Below are positions 14,544-31,886 of a DNA stretch of 64,000 nt, piece after piece. Under the pieces are notes generated by a model. It did no database searches. It was not told the DNA's origin and worked only from the letters and a program-made list of their open reading frames with translations. Each line of letters starts with the position of its first letter. The stretch's first letter is position 1. The position numbers and the translations under genes are program-made. The stretch comes from Eledone cirrhosa. Lineage: Eukaryota. The stretch spans positions 38,068,001-38,132,000 of the forward strand of contig OZ024756.1 of the NCBI GenBank assembly GCA_964016885.1, read 5' to 3'.

Positions 14544-14794
14544 ATTTATATATATAGTATGTGTGTGCACTTATATATACTGGACATAATACATATGTAA
14601 GCATAGATACATATATATATATGACTGATAGTAAGCTAAACAAGTGATTTGTGAGTCAGGGGACATTGATAAGTGTAGCATGCTGGGCTTCCATGACAAC
14701 TGCGTTACTGCTACACGTGTCTGTGGAATAGTAAACTACGTACTTGTTCATTTGACGAGTAGCTCATTCTGTTAGTTTTTATTTCACGAGTGAG

Positions 14795-16332
14795 GGTAAG
14801 TGTAGTGTGACACTTGAGTAGGGGAGGGAGAGCTGAGTAAGTGTAGTGTTACACTTGAGTAGGAGAGGGAGAGAGGGGACAGTGTAGTGTTACACTTGAG
14901 TAGGAGAGGGAGAGAGGTGACAGTGTAATGTGACACTTGAGTAGGAGAGGGAGAGCTGAGTAAGTGTAGTGTTACACTTGAGTAGAGAGGGAGAGCTGAG
15001 TAAGTGTAGTGTGACACTTGAGTAGAGAGGGAGAGCTGAGTAAGTGTAGTGTTACACTTGAGTAGAGAGGGAGAGCTGAGTAAGTGTAGTGTTACACTTG
15101 AGTAGAGAGGGAGAGCTGAGTAAGTGTAGTGTGACACTTGAGTAGGAGAGGGAGAGCTGAGTAAATGTAGTGTTACACTTGAGTAGGAGAGGGAGAGCTG
15201 AGTAAGTGTGGTGTGACACTTGAGTAGGAGAGGGAGAGAGGGGACAGTGTAGTGTGACACTTGAGTAGGAGAGGGAGAGAGGGGACAGTGTAATGTGACA
15301 CTTGAGTAGGAGAGGGAGAGAGGTGACAGTGTAATGTGACACTTGAGTAGGAGAGGGAGAGCTGAGTAAGTGTAGTGTTACACTTGAGTAGAGAGGGAGA
15401 GCTGAGTAAGTGTAGTGTGACACTTGAGTAGGAGAGGGAGAGCTGAGTAAGTGTAGTGTTACACTTGAGTAGAGAGGGAGAGCTGAGTAAGTGTAGTGTG
15501 ACACTTGAGTAGGAGAGGGAGAGCTGAGTAAATGTAGTGTTACACTTGAGTAGGAGAGGGAGAGCTGAGTAAGTGTAGTGTTACACTTGAGTAGAGAGGG
15601 AGAGCTGAGTAAGTGTAGTGTGACACTTGAGTAGGAGAGGGAGAGCTGAGTAAATGTAGTGTTACACTTGAGTAGGAGAGGGAGAGCTGAGTAAGTGTGG
15701 TGTGACACTTGAGTAGGAGAGGGAGAGAGGGGACAGTGTAGTGTGACACTTGAGTAGGAGAGGGAGAGAGGGGACAGTGTAGTGTGACACTTGAGTAGGC
15801 GAGGGAGAGAGGGGACAGTGTAGTGTGACACTTGAGTAGGAGAGGGAGAGAGGGGACAGTGTAGTGTGATACTTGAGTAGGAGAGGGAGAGCTGAGTAAG
15901 TGTGGTGTGAAACTTGAGTAGGAGAGGGAGAGCTGAGTAAGTGTGGTGTGACACTTGAGTAGGAGAGGGAGAGCTGAGTAAGTGTGGTGTGACACTTGAG
16001 TAGGAGAAGGAGAGCTGAGTAAGTGTGGTGTGACATTTGAGTAGGAGAGGGAGAGAGGGGACAGTGTAGTGTGACACTTGAGTAGGAGAGGGAAAGAGGG
16101 GACAGTGTAGTGTGACACTTGAGTAGGAGAGGGAGAGAGAGGGACAGTGTAGTGTGACACTTGAGTTGGAGAGGGAGAGAGGGGACAGTGTAGTTTGACA
16201 CTTGAGTAGGAGAGGGAGAGAGGGGACAGTGTAGTGTGATACTTGAGTAGGAGAGGGAGAGAGGGGACAGTGTAGTGTGATACTTGAGTAGGCGAGGGAG
16301 AGAGGGGTAAGTGTAGTGTGACACTTGAGTAG
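14795..16332. repeat. About 41-bp purine-rich minisatellite with two interspersed variants
   Basis: cacttgagtaggagagggagag[ctgagtaa|aggggaca]gtgtagtgtga repeated. Confidence 0.95.
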
Positions 16333-16999
16333 GTTGAGTGAGATATATAAAGAGAGAGAGAGAGAGAGAGAGCGAGAGAGGTCATAGGAAGAGGAGATAT
16401 TTGCCTGGTGACACTTTATTTGACCGAGGACCGAGGTCAGGACACAAGAGGTCAGGGCAGCCACTGGGACGAAAATGAAGCGGTTTGATTAAGGTCCTTC
16501 TATTTAGCTACCTTCCTTTTCTCCGAGTTACCGGGGACAGTGCTGCCCGGGTTGTTGTGACCGAAGTGACAATGTTGAAGGTTGAGAACTTGGTGATAAC
16601 ACGTGGTGTCTACGAATTAGAGATTCATCTTGAATGGGGCAGAGAGTAGTTATGTAGTGTGGGAGTTTACCATCCCCACAGTTGAGGTCGGCAGGTTCCA
16701 GTCGTGACACGAAACCGGCCCACATCAAGGTTACTTCTAATTGAAGTCGTCCAAGGCGACATGCCGAGGAACACAGTGCTTATGTCTCCAACGAAATGGC
16801 AATATACCCAATTATTGAGGCAATCACGAATTAATTGTTCGCAAAGAAGCTTAATAAATAATTTGCATTAATAATTAACACTATAAAAGTATAATGTTGA
16901 AATAATTACTCACACACACATGTATATATATATATATAAACATGCATAAACATGCACATACACAAATACATATATATACAGATGATATATTTAAATGGG

Positions 17000-17037
<38 letters not shown>

Positions 17038-17200
17038 ATTGTATATATATAATTGTATATATATATATTGCAGAAAATGTGGAAAAGATTAAGATATATT
17101 AACTGCCGCGAAAAATATTATTTTAGCTCAAAAATAAACATCAAACGACATACTCCAGACAAGCTAGGCAGTGCTGTCTAGCCAGTTGATTCACGTGCTA

Positions 17201-17277
<77 letters not shown>

Positions 17278-17389
17278 GTGAAAGCAGCGATTCTTTGCTT
17301 AAACTTTAATCTGTTATTTTAATAAATATATATATATATATATATAGCAGTACCACTAACATAGCGTAATTCATAATAAGTTTATATAT

Positions 17390-17591
17390 AATTGTTTCTA
17401 CTTTTGGCACAAGGCCAGCAATTACTCCAGTGCATTACTGGTACTTTATTTTATCGACCCCGTAAGTACGAAAGGCAAAGTTAACCTCGAAAGGTTTAAC
17501 TTTTCCTTTCATCGTTACGCAATCGATAAAATAAAGTACCAGTAATGCACTGGAGTAATTGCTGGCCTTGCGCAAAAAGTAGAAACAAATT
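17390..17591. mobile_element. Head-to-head inverted pair of SINE family 1 3' halves
   Basis: 17390-17489 (-) and 17493-17591 (+) form an ~200-bp imperfect palindrome. Confidence 0.85.
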
Positions 17592-18308
17592 TATATATAA
17601 TAAACATACACATGTCTCGCTTCGGGTAGTTTAAGCTAGGATCCTAGGGTCTTATCTGAGCTACATCGCTGGCCGTGTGAGAACGTCAGATACAAATCTT
17701 TCAGTATTGTTATTCATCTTCGGTGACGTTTACTCCCTCTGTTATGGGACAATGATAAGCTGCAGGTTATATAGAATTTGTGTGGTCTAGGATGCGTATG
17801 TGTTTGTGTGTGTGTGTGTGTGTGTGTTTAGCCCCAGAACTGTCCCAGATGTGAAAGCCATACACCTTTGTGGGCTTAGGGTTTCTCTCTCTCTCTCTGT
17901 GTAGCAGCAACACTGTCCAAGAAGCACCATTGAATAGCTCACATAAGATTTGTAGAGGGTTAATAGTTGTTGGGTGATAAAGTAATTTCTGGTACATTTC
18001 ATTAATGGAACTGTAAAGCTGTGTAAAACATTTCAGAAATTCAGCATGTTGTACCTGCATGTACACATGCATAGATACAGAAACATATGCACATGTGTAT
18101 ATATATATATATATAATTCAAAACATACATATCCACACATGCAATAACACCTATACCTGAATATACACGCATACACACAAACATACACACATACACACAA
18201 ACATACATACATACATATGTATTTACAGGTGTTGTCTAAATTCCAGTGAAAGAATCTTGTTTCTATGTTAGAAAACGGCTCACTATCTATTGGTGAAAAT
18301 GTATAAAA

Positions 18309-18472
18309 TAATTGTTTCTACTTTTGGCACAAGGCCAGCAATTACCCAGTACATTACTGGTACTTTATTTTATCGACCCCGTAAGGATGAAAGGCAAAGT
18401 TAACCTCGGCGGAATTTGAACTCAGATCATAAAGGGACCGACTCTCTACCGATACTGCCAATCCACCGCCCT
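18309..18472 (-). mobile_element. SINE family 1
   Basis: Head, B-box, body and tail present; internal deletion. Confidence 0.85.
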
Positions 18473-18526
18473 TGGAAAATGTATAAAATAATAAAACTGA
18501 AAGAACATAATACATACATACATACA

Positions 18527-18560
<34 letters not shown>

Positions 18561-18562
18561 CA

Positions 18563-19078
18563 TGATGGCTGCAAACTCTGCTAAGAGTATTGCAATCGCT
18601 TGTCAGATTATAGAGTCTGATGCACTTTAGGCTACGGCCAGCCACACGAACCTGTAACAGTTGCTGGACAAGCAATGCCAGTGCTTTGAAGGTTTTTCTA
18701 AGTGGGGAAAGGTCTTGCATCGACCAATCCCACTCTCTGAACATCGAACACATTACCCGAAAAGGAGAACTGGTCAACATCATCGGATGCTTCCGAAGCC
18801 GCAGGTTTTTTTTCAGTTTCCCTCTCTAAGAAAGGTGTTGTGACAACAACTGGGGGCCTTTCACTCCCAAGTTAAAAGAAAAAAAACAAAAACAAAAACT
18901 ACTATCTTGAGTTCCTCCGTCCTTCGCCGGGTCTTGTATTTCATCCAGCAGGGTTTCCCAATATCACCCTCCTCACCAAACTAGCTTGGTGGGGTTGCCG
19001 GTTTAGTCGCCGACGAGCCGACCATGGCAGAGTTTGTACTGGGTTACATGTTACCAGTAGCACTTGAGAGCCACCTGA
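18563..19078 (-). mobile_element. Probable RTE-type LINE 5' UTR fragment
   Basis: Homologous to 43530-43935; the cttagagagggaaactga and tgggttacatgttaccagtagcac segments resemble RTE 5' regions as I recall them, not verified. Confidence 0.45.
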
Positions 19079-19785
19079 CATACATACATCCACATCCACA
19101 CGCACAATAACATCCATACCTTCACACACATGCATACATATCTACCTACTTGATGTTGTGTAAATGAGAGTCTTGTGTCTACGTTAGAAACCGACTCTCT
19201 CTCTATTGGCAAACATTTGTGAAATTATAAAACCAGAAGAAAATATACACATACATACATACATACATACATACATACATACATACATACACACATACAC
19301 ACATACATACATACATACATACATACATACATACATGCATGCATGCATACATACATACATACATACATACATACATACATACATGCATACATACATACAT
19401 ACATACATACATACATACATACATACATACATTCTATATTTATTATCCCTTTTAATAATTTTCCTCTTCACATCTATTCTTCAAAAGCTGGAACATGTTT
19501 GATGTTAGGACTACTTGTGTAGTTAAATACGTGCGATAGCATAAAGATCAGGAACTTATACCATCCACAATGGTGGATACATACAACTGACGTGGAGTGC
19601 TTAAACAGTGGTTTGAATGGATGAAAGGCAAAGCTGACCTCGGCGCGAATTGAACACGGAGAACAGAGAGCCGGGCCTAATTCTACTGAGCCTTCTACCT
19701 CCGAGGTTGTAACGATTCTGCCAATTCACTAACACACACACACACACACACAATGTGCGCACACAATACACACGTACACACGCAC

Positions 19786-19845
<60 letters not shown>

Positions 19846-19847
19846 CT

Positions 19848-20046
19848 AATATAGAAAAGCTTCTACAGGACTAGAACTGTTTCATTCGGGAGAAATTATC
19901 AGGAAGCTGACCTGATGATTTCTAACCCCTCCCCCCAATGAAACAGTTCTAGTCCTGTAGAAGCTTTTCTATATTAAATATTTTTACCCTGCTTTGTATT
20001 GAGTACCTTACTTACTGTGGTTACCCCCGATTGAACCCGGGATAAA

Positions 20047-20049
<3 letters not shown>
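19848..20049. mobile_element. Type A element as an inverted repeat with an HHR-like motif on each strand
   Basis: Left arm (-) has CTGATAA (G8 changed); right arm (+) has CTGATGA...GAAACAG..CTGTA; flanked by (TA)n. Confidence 0.8.
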
Positions 20050-20114
<65 letters not shown>

Positions 20115-20169
20115 AAAACAAAAACCAGAAACAATAACGAAGAGTGCAGTACAAAGTGTTAGTATTAGG

Positions 20170-20253
<84 letters not shown>

Positions 20254-20609
20254 GGAGATGAAAGACTGGGCCTGTGTGTGTGTGTGGGGGGGGGGGGGGA
20301 GTTGAGTGAATGAAAATTAATTGGAAGAATTCGTATTGTTACGACTTGGAGAAATAACTAGAAATGTATTCTGTTCCTTAGTAATATTTAATCCAAGCTA
20401 AGCATTGTTTATAGGAAATAGTGGGTTCACTGTTCGATTGGCACAAGGCCACAACACACATTTCTACATGTCTCAATCGATATCATCCTGTATATTGCCG
20501 CCACACTGAAAAGGTAGAAGCGACTACAGTTGGGGTTGGGATGTGAAGTCAAGGCAAAACGTAGAGACTCAACTAAACACTAACCAAACATACTAGAAGT
20601 CAACACATA

Positions 20610-23500
20610 ACACCACACCACATTACATTACATTACATCACACCACACCACACTATACCATACCACACCACACCACACTACACCACACTACACCACACTA
20701 CACCACACTACACCACACCACACCACACTATACCACACCACACTACACCACACCACACTACACTACACCACACTACACCACACCACACTACACCACACTA
20801 CACCACACCACACCACACCACACCACGCCATACCACACTACACCACACCACACCACACTACACCACACCACACCACACCACACTACACCACACCACACCA
20901 CACCACACCACGCCATACCACACTACACCACACCACACCACACTACACCACACTACACCACACCACACCACACCACACCACGCCATACCACACTACACCA
21001 CACCACGCCATACCACACTACACCACACCACACTACACTACACCACACTACACCACACCACACCACACTACACCACACTACACTACACCACACCACACCA
21101 CACCACGCCATACCACACTACACCACACCACACCACACTACGCCACACTACACCACACCACACCACACCACACCACGCCATACCACACTACACCACACCA
21201 CACTACACCACACTACACCACACTACACCACACCACACCACACTACACCACACCACACTACACCACATCACACTACACCACACCACACTACACCACACCA
21301 CACTACACCACACTACACCACACCATACCATACCATACCATACCATACCACACCACGCCATACCACACTACACCACACCACAATATACCACACCACACCA
21401 CACTACACCAGACCAAACTACAGTACATTACACCACACCACACCACGCCACACTACACCAGACCACACCACACTACACCACACTACACCACACCACACCA
21501 CACTACACCACACCACAACACACTACACCAGATCAAACTACAGTACACCACACCACAACTACACCACACCACACCACATTACACTACACCACCCACACTA
21601 CATTACACCAGACCACACTACACCACCCACACTACTATACACAACACCACATTACACTACACCAAACTACACCACACCAGACTACACCACAGCACAGCAC
21701 ACCACACCGCATTACACCACATTATACAAGACTACGCTACACCATATTACACTACATCACACCATACCACACCAGACTATACTACACCACACCACAAAAC
21801 ACCAGACTATACTACACCACACCACATCATACTACATCAGACCTCTCACCACACCACATTACAACACATACTACTACACCACATCACACTACTAGATACC
21901 ATATCACACTACAACATACCACATTACACTACACCACACCACCATACAGCATGTCACACCACCATACACCATCTCTACACCACACCACACAACGGCACAT
22001 TATACCACACTACATCACACCACACTACACCACCACACCATACCAAACTACTCGCCACACCACACCATACCACAGCACAGTACACCATACCGCATCACAC
22101 CACACCATACTACGGCACAACACCCCACATAACACAACACTACACCACACTACACCACCCCACATTACACAACACAACACTACACCACACTACACCACCC
22201 CACATTACACGACACTACACCACACCACGCTACACCGCCCCACATTACACAACACTACACCACACTACACCACCCCACATTACACAGCACTACACCAGAC
22301 CACACTACACCGCCCCACATTACACAACACAACACTACACCACACTACACCACACCACACTACACCACCCCACATTATACAACACTACACCACACCACAC
22401 TACACCGCCCCACATTACACAACACAACACTACACCACACTACACGGCCCCACATTATACAACACTACACCAGCCACACTACACCACTCCACATTATACA
22501 ACACTACACCACACCACACTACACCACCCCACATTACACAACATTACACCAGACCACACTACACCGCCCCACATTATACAGCACTACACCACACCACACT
22601 ACACCACCCCACATTATACAACACTACACCACACCACACTACACCGCCCCACATTATACAGCACTACACCACACCACACTACACCACCCCACATTATACA
22701 ACACTACACCAGACCACACTACACCACCCCACATTATACAACACTACACCAGACCACACTACACCGCCCCACATTATACAACACTACACCACACCACACT
22801 ACACCGCCCCACATTATACAGCACTACACCACACCACACTACACCACCCCACATTATACAACACTACACCAGACCACACTACACCACCCCACATTATACA
22901 ACACTACACCAGACCACACTACACCACCCCACATTATACAACACTACACCAGACCACACTACACCGCCCCACATTATACAACACTACACCAAACCACACT
23001 ACACCACCCCACATTATACAGCACTACACCACACCACACTACACCACCCCACATTACACAACATTACACCACCCCACACTACACCACCCCACATTACACA
23101 AAACTACACCACACCACACTACACCACCCCACATTACACAACATTACACCACACCACACTACACCACATTACACAACACTACACCACCCCACACTACACC
23201 ACCCCACATTACACAACATTACACCACCCCACACTACACCACCCCACATTACACAGCATTACACCACACTACCCCACATTACATAACACTACACCACCCC
23301 CACACTACACCACCCCCACACTACACCACCCCACATTACACAACATTACACCACCCCACACTACACCACCCCACATTACATAACACTACACCACCCCACA
23401 TTACACAACACTACACCACCCCACACTACACCACCCCACATTACACAACACTACACCACCCCACACTACACCACCCCACATTACACAACATTACACCACA
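20610..23500. repeat. (CACAC/CACTA) pentamer array with a derived 40-bp higher-order repeat (~22460-23100)
   Basis: acactacaccagaccacactacaccaccccacattataca units. Confidence 0.95.
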
Positions 23501-23567
23501 CTTCACTACTCAATACCGGAAGACATTTTGGTTGCAATATCGCATCCGGCGCTTTTATATCGAATCA

Positions 23568-24170
23568 GCTAGCTACCCATACCTACCTAGCTACTCAGCT
23601 ACCCAGCCACCCAGCTACCTAGCTACCTAGCTACCCAGATACCCAGCTACCTAGCTACCCAGCCACCCAGCTACCTAGCTACCTAGCTACCCAGCTACCC
23701 AGCTACCCAGCTACCCAGCCACCCAGCTACCCAGCTACCTAGCTACCCAGCAACCCAGCTACCCAGCTACCCAGCTACCCAGCCACCCAGCTACCCAGCT
23801 ACCTAGCTACCCAGCCACCCAGCTACCTAGCTACCCAGCTACCCAGCTACCCAGCCACCCAGCCACCCAGCTACCCAGCTACCCAGCTACCCAGCTACCC
23901 AGCCACTCAGCTACCCAGCTACCCAGCTACAAAGCTACCCAGCTACCCAGCTATCCAACTACCCAGCTACCAAGCTACCCAGCTACCCAGCTACCCAGCT
24001 ACCCAGCTACCCAGCTACCTAGCTACCCAGTTACCCAGCTACCCAGCTACCCAGCCACCCAGCTACCCAGCTACCCAGCTACCCAGCTACCCAGCTACCC
24101 AGCTACCAAGCTACCCAGCTACCCAGCTACCCAGCTACCCAGCTACCCAGCTATTCAGCTACCCAGCTAT
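23568..24170. repeat. (CCCAGCTA)n octamer array
   Basis: Direct inspection. Confidence 0.95.
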
Positions 24171-24267
24171 CCACCCACCCATCAAACCAAGCCACTCACT
24201 GCCTTTCATTCGTATCATAACCATAAACGATATGTATATATGTTTCGTATCGAATTCATCGCCATCA

Positions 24268-24312
<45 letters not shown>

Positions 24313-24404
24313 TGACTCATTGATATCGCACATTCACACACATATATATAAACAAAAAAATAAAATATATATATATTTACTTATACATATATATATATAC
24401 ATAC

Positions 24405-24446
<42 letters not shown>

Positions 24447-24677
24447 CTGTGTGTGTGTGAGATATCCATATGAGTCAGTCAATAAAACAGTTTCCTATAC
24501 GCTGTATGTCATATCCCACTAATCCATGGCAGAAAGGCAAGATATCACATCACCCACCCTCATAGCACGACATGCATTAAATACATATCATCTACTGCAC
24601 ACACACACATGCACTCACACACACACACACACAAACTAACACACACACACACACTATTTCTCCCCCCCCCCTCTCTC

Positions 24678-24753
<76 letters not shown>

Positions 24754-24791
24754 TAGTGTGTGTGAGATATATATACATATATGTGTGTATG

Positions 24792-24890
<99 letters not shown>

Positions 24891-25143
24891 ACTCACTCAC
24901 TCTCTCCCTCAATAAAGAACAAGCACTTTATTCAGTGTTATAGTAATATTTATTATAGTAAGTAATACGATCTCGGTTTCCGACCAAGAATACATAATAC
25001 ATGTTTCTTTAATCAAAGTGGCTGTAATGTGTAGTTTTGTATTTTATAACCTCTGTTGTGTCTCTCTCTCTCTCTCTCTCCTATATATATATATTATATA
25101 TATAAATGCACACACACACACACACACACACATTTACACACAC

Positions 25144-25210
<67 letters not shown>

Positions 25211-25243
25211 CACATACGTACATGCATACACACACACATACAT

Positions 25244-25304
<61 letters not shown>

Positions 25305-25894
25305 TATATCTATATCCATAGTTATATTGAAAGCACTAGCTGACAGATTAAGAGAACAGCGAACAAGCTGTCTTGTGGAATTTAGCTGGGTAACTTAATA
25401 TTCTAACCACGAAATGCCGCCCGAGTCGCCTTCGCCATTTATCCTCTCTCTGGGGTCGATAATATGAGATATAATACACTGTACGATTTAAATTAAGTCA
25501 GTGATACAGCTAAGACGGCCTGAGTCCTAATGATTAGTGTCTGGGATTCAGGATCATAAGGTTGTGATTTCGATTTTTGGCCTGGATGGTAGGTTGTACT
25601 CTTGAGAAGGGCCTTTCATTTCCTGTTGATTTTCCTGAGAGGACTAGGGGCCCCTTTTCAATAAAATACATAAGAAACCTTGTAGAATGCCACCTAAATT
25701 TGCATAGGTAACCACATGATAGGCCTCGGGCCCTTCTGGTTACAACCCGCGAGAAACCTTATTTCAATTATACAGGTCTTGATTATTACTAGCACACACA
25801 CACACTCACACACACACATACACACACATATATATACATATATATATTTATATATATATATAGGTATTTATATGTGTGTTAGAAATTTGCAGTT

Positions 25895-26192
25895 GTGGGC
25901 GTTCCACCCACACGCAGAAAATATGTGGCTCTAGTGCACAAGTGGGTGTGTGACCACTCACACCTATGCAGGTTTAGCTGGCCTCCTCCAAGGTATATCT
26001 CGTTGGAGGTGTCTTGGGGGATTTTAATGATAGGGACCCCAGTCCCTATCAACTCATTTGGTGAGTAAACTGGAGCAACGTGAAATAAAGTGTCTTGCTT
26101 AAGGAAACAACACATCACCCGGTCTGAGAATTGAACTCACAACCTTTCGATTGCAAGCCCCGAATGCTCTAACCATTAAGCCATGCACCTTC
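25895..26192 (-). mobile_element. SINE with a family 2 head/CORE-like body but a different 3' tail
   Basis: 26070-26192 matches the family 2 head; 25895-26060 is an unrelated hairpin-rich tail. Confidence 0.6.
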
Positions 26193-26213
26193 ACAAGGGA
26201 CAGTAACAAATAG

Positions 26214-26335
<122 letters not shown>

Positions 26336-26562
26336 CCTGTAAAATAGCCGTTAGTCAAAAAGAAAGAGATCGATAAATGTACCAGACTGAAACAATAAAA
26401 GAATACGAACGAAGAAAGGTGGTGGGCAACGCTCAGAGCTTGCAACCTCTCAGCGTCTGTATATAAACGAAGTTCTTTCGAAAAACAACCTCTGTTATTG
26501 TCCTGCTGTTGAAGTTAATATATGCGTGTGTGTTACATTTTGAGGTGTGTTTATCACCTGTG

Positions 26563-26787
26563 TGAAGGTGTGTGGCTGATTGGTTAGAGAATTGGATTCA
26601 CAATCATGAGGTTGTGAGTTCGATTCTCGGACCGGGCGATGCGTTATGTCCTTGAGCAAGACACTTTATTTCACGTTGCTCCTTCTACCTGGAGTTGCGA
26701 CCGATAGATAGTACTAGCAACTGGAAAGACCAATGGAAACATTGTTTCCTCGGTCCGATTTGACGAAAGTCGATCGTTCCTTTTTTT
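26563..26787 (+). mobile_element. SINE family 2, full length
   Basis: A-box tggctgattggttag, B-box gagttcgattc, CORE-like gtccttgagcaagacacttt, tail ending in a T run. Confidence 0.9.
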
Positions 26788-26831
26788 ATCACATATAGAC
26801 ACAACTGTGTTCAAGGTATTATTTTAATACT

Positions 26832-26957
26832 AGCGTTCTGAGTTCAAATCCCACCAAGGTTAACTTTGCCTTTCATCCTTACGGGGTCGATAAAATAAAG
26901 TACCAGTAATGCACTAGGGTAATTGCTGGCCTTGGGCCAAAAGTAGAAACAATTATT
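26832..26957 (+). mobile_element. SINE family 1, 5'-truncated
   Basis: B-box to tail; attattttaatactagcg occurs on both sides (possible target-site duplication). Confidence 0.85.
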
Positions 26958-27091
26958 TTAATACTAGCGGTTTTCTGCTAATACTGGTATTGTTGGCAGA
27001 AGACGAGAGGAATGGTAGCTAGCTGTCAAACAACGGGAGAAAAGGGGGTAGATTAAGGTAGATTGAATTGAAGAAAAAAAAAAACATTGTA

Positions 27092-27240
27092 GGTTAACCT
27101 GTCCTATAGCCCTACAAATATATGTGGGTTAACCTGTCCTAGAGCCCTACAAATATATGTGGGTTAACCTGTCCTATAGCCCTACAAATATATGTGGGTT
27201 AACCTGTCCTAGAGCCCTACAAATATATGTGGGTTGACCT
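27092..27240. repeat. 35-bp minisatellite, about 4 copies
   Basis: ggttaacctgtcctatagccctacaaatatatgtg. Confidence 0.9.
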
Positions 27241-27637
27241 TTTCGCATAGGCAAGAAATTGGCAGAGTCGTTAGAATGTCGGATAGAATGCCTTGCGGTA
27301 TTCGTTCCGGCTCTCTGCGCTCTGAGTTCAAATCCCGCCGAGGTCAACTTTACATCTAAGGTCGATAAAAAAGAAAGTTCGAGTCTATTACTGGGATCGA
27401 TTCTTCTTTTATATCTCTCCCCCCCCCTCTCACCCCCTCTCCCTAACCTTCTCTGGAAGAAATCTGCCGTATTCAGACTAGAGAGAGATGGGCTCTGCTA
27501 GGCTTTAAAAATACTCCAAAAATGTCAAATGTCACTTCGGCGCCCCTGCGACCCCATCAGCAGTTACCGGACCATACCATACCACCAACACTTTCGTGAC
27601 TCCATTTCTAATGAGGTACAGTGTGTTTCAATTAATT

Positions 27638-27748
27638 AATTGTTTCTACTTTAGGCACAAGGCCAGCAATTACCCAGTGCATTACTGGTACTTTATTTTA
27701 TCGACCCTGTAAGGATGAAAGGCAAAGTTAACCTCGGCGGGATTTGAA
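27638..27748 (-). mobile_element. SINE family 1, 3' part
   Basis: Family consensus match. Confidence 0.85.
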
Positions 27749-27879
27749 GAAGAGTTTGCAGGGATGTAGTATTATTTCAATATTAAGATGGAGATTGTAT
27801 AAAGCTGGTTGATTCGTTGAACGTTGAATGGTTAGTGTGTCGGATAAAATACACTGCCGTATCTCGAGAGATTCAGAAA

Positions 27880-28175
<296 letters not shown>

Positions 28176-28179
28176 TATG

Positions 28180-28302
<123 letters not shown>

Positions 28303-28330
28303 TATTGAACATTTTCCTATATATATATAT

Positions 28331-30867
<2,537 letters not shown>

Positions 30868-31172
30868 CATTTGAACACGTAACTTGTGTATTTACTTCCA
30901 TATACTGATATTATAGTAAATTATATAAAAAAAAAGCCCTTATCTATCTATTGATTTTTCTTGGGTTGTCGAAACGTACGTAAGACTAGTAAACCCTTGC
31001 TTGAAATATTACTCATTATATATAACTGTGTGTGTGGTGTGTGTGTGTGTGTGGGGGGGGGGGCATGGGTGTGTGTGCGCGTATGTGTGTGCCTGAGTGG
31101 GTAGTATGCATGTATGTATATATATATATATATGTGTGTATGTGTATGTGTATGTGTGTGTATATATATATG

Positions 31173-31203
<31 letters not shown>

Positions 31204-31467
31204 GTATATATATATATATGTGTGTATATATATATATGTATATATATATATGTGTATATATATATATGTATATATATATATGTATATATGTATATCTATA
31301 TATGTATATATATATATATATATCTATATGTGTGTGTGTGTGTGTGTATGTATATATATATATATATGTGTGTGTATGTATATATATGTGGTGGTGAGGG
31401 GGTTCCGTCTCCGTCTGTGTGTCTGTGTGTATCCATGTGTGTGCGTGTGTGTTTGTATTCGATGACA

Positions 31468-31620
31468 TAGCGGTTCAGCAAAATGAGAGCGATAAAATAC
31501 GTATGTCGACTTGAGGAAATATGTACGGGGTATTTTATGAACGATCAAATTCCCTTTAAGGCCGTGCTCCAGCAGGGCCACAGTCTCATGAGGGAAAGAC
31601 CAGTAGAAGACTACAACACG
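31468..31620 (+). mobile_element. Degenerate SINE family 3 fragment
   Basis: tagcggttc...gataaaata...aggccgtgctccagcagggccacagtc; similar pieces at 35070-35125 and 60687-60872. Confidence 0.55.
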
Positions 31621-31669
31621 ATGAACAACAATACCCAAAGCTGTGCAGCTGTTGTTTCGGCCTGATAAC

Positions 31670-31886
31670 GGTTTCTTATATAGGCACAAGGCCAGCAATT
31701 TTGGGGGAGGGGAAAGTCGATTAAATCGACCCCAGTACGTGACTGGTACTTTATTTTATCGACCCCGTAAGGATGAAAGGCAAAGTTAACCTCGGCGGGA
31801 TTTGAACTCAGAACGCCAAGGGCCATAACTCTATGCTGCAAAGCATGGCGTCCGACTCTCTACCGATACTGCCAACCCACTTCCCT
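31670..31886 (-). mobile_element. SINE family 1, near full length (long variant)
   Basis: Head through tail, including the ggggtcgatttaatcgactttcc segment. Confidence 0.9.

Noticed and set aside
26563-26640. tRNA genes at SINE heads
   Set aside because: A and B boxes continue into SINE bodies, with no complete cloverleaf
30806-30901. N-terminal extension of the 726-aa ORF
   Set aside because: Read-through of the (TA)n tract, not part of the element
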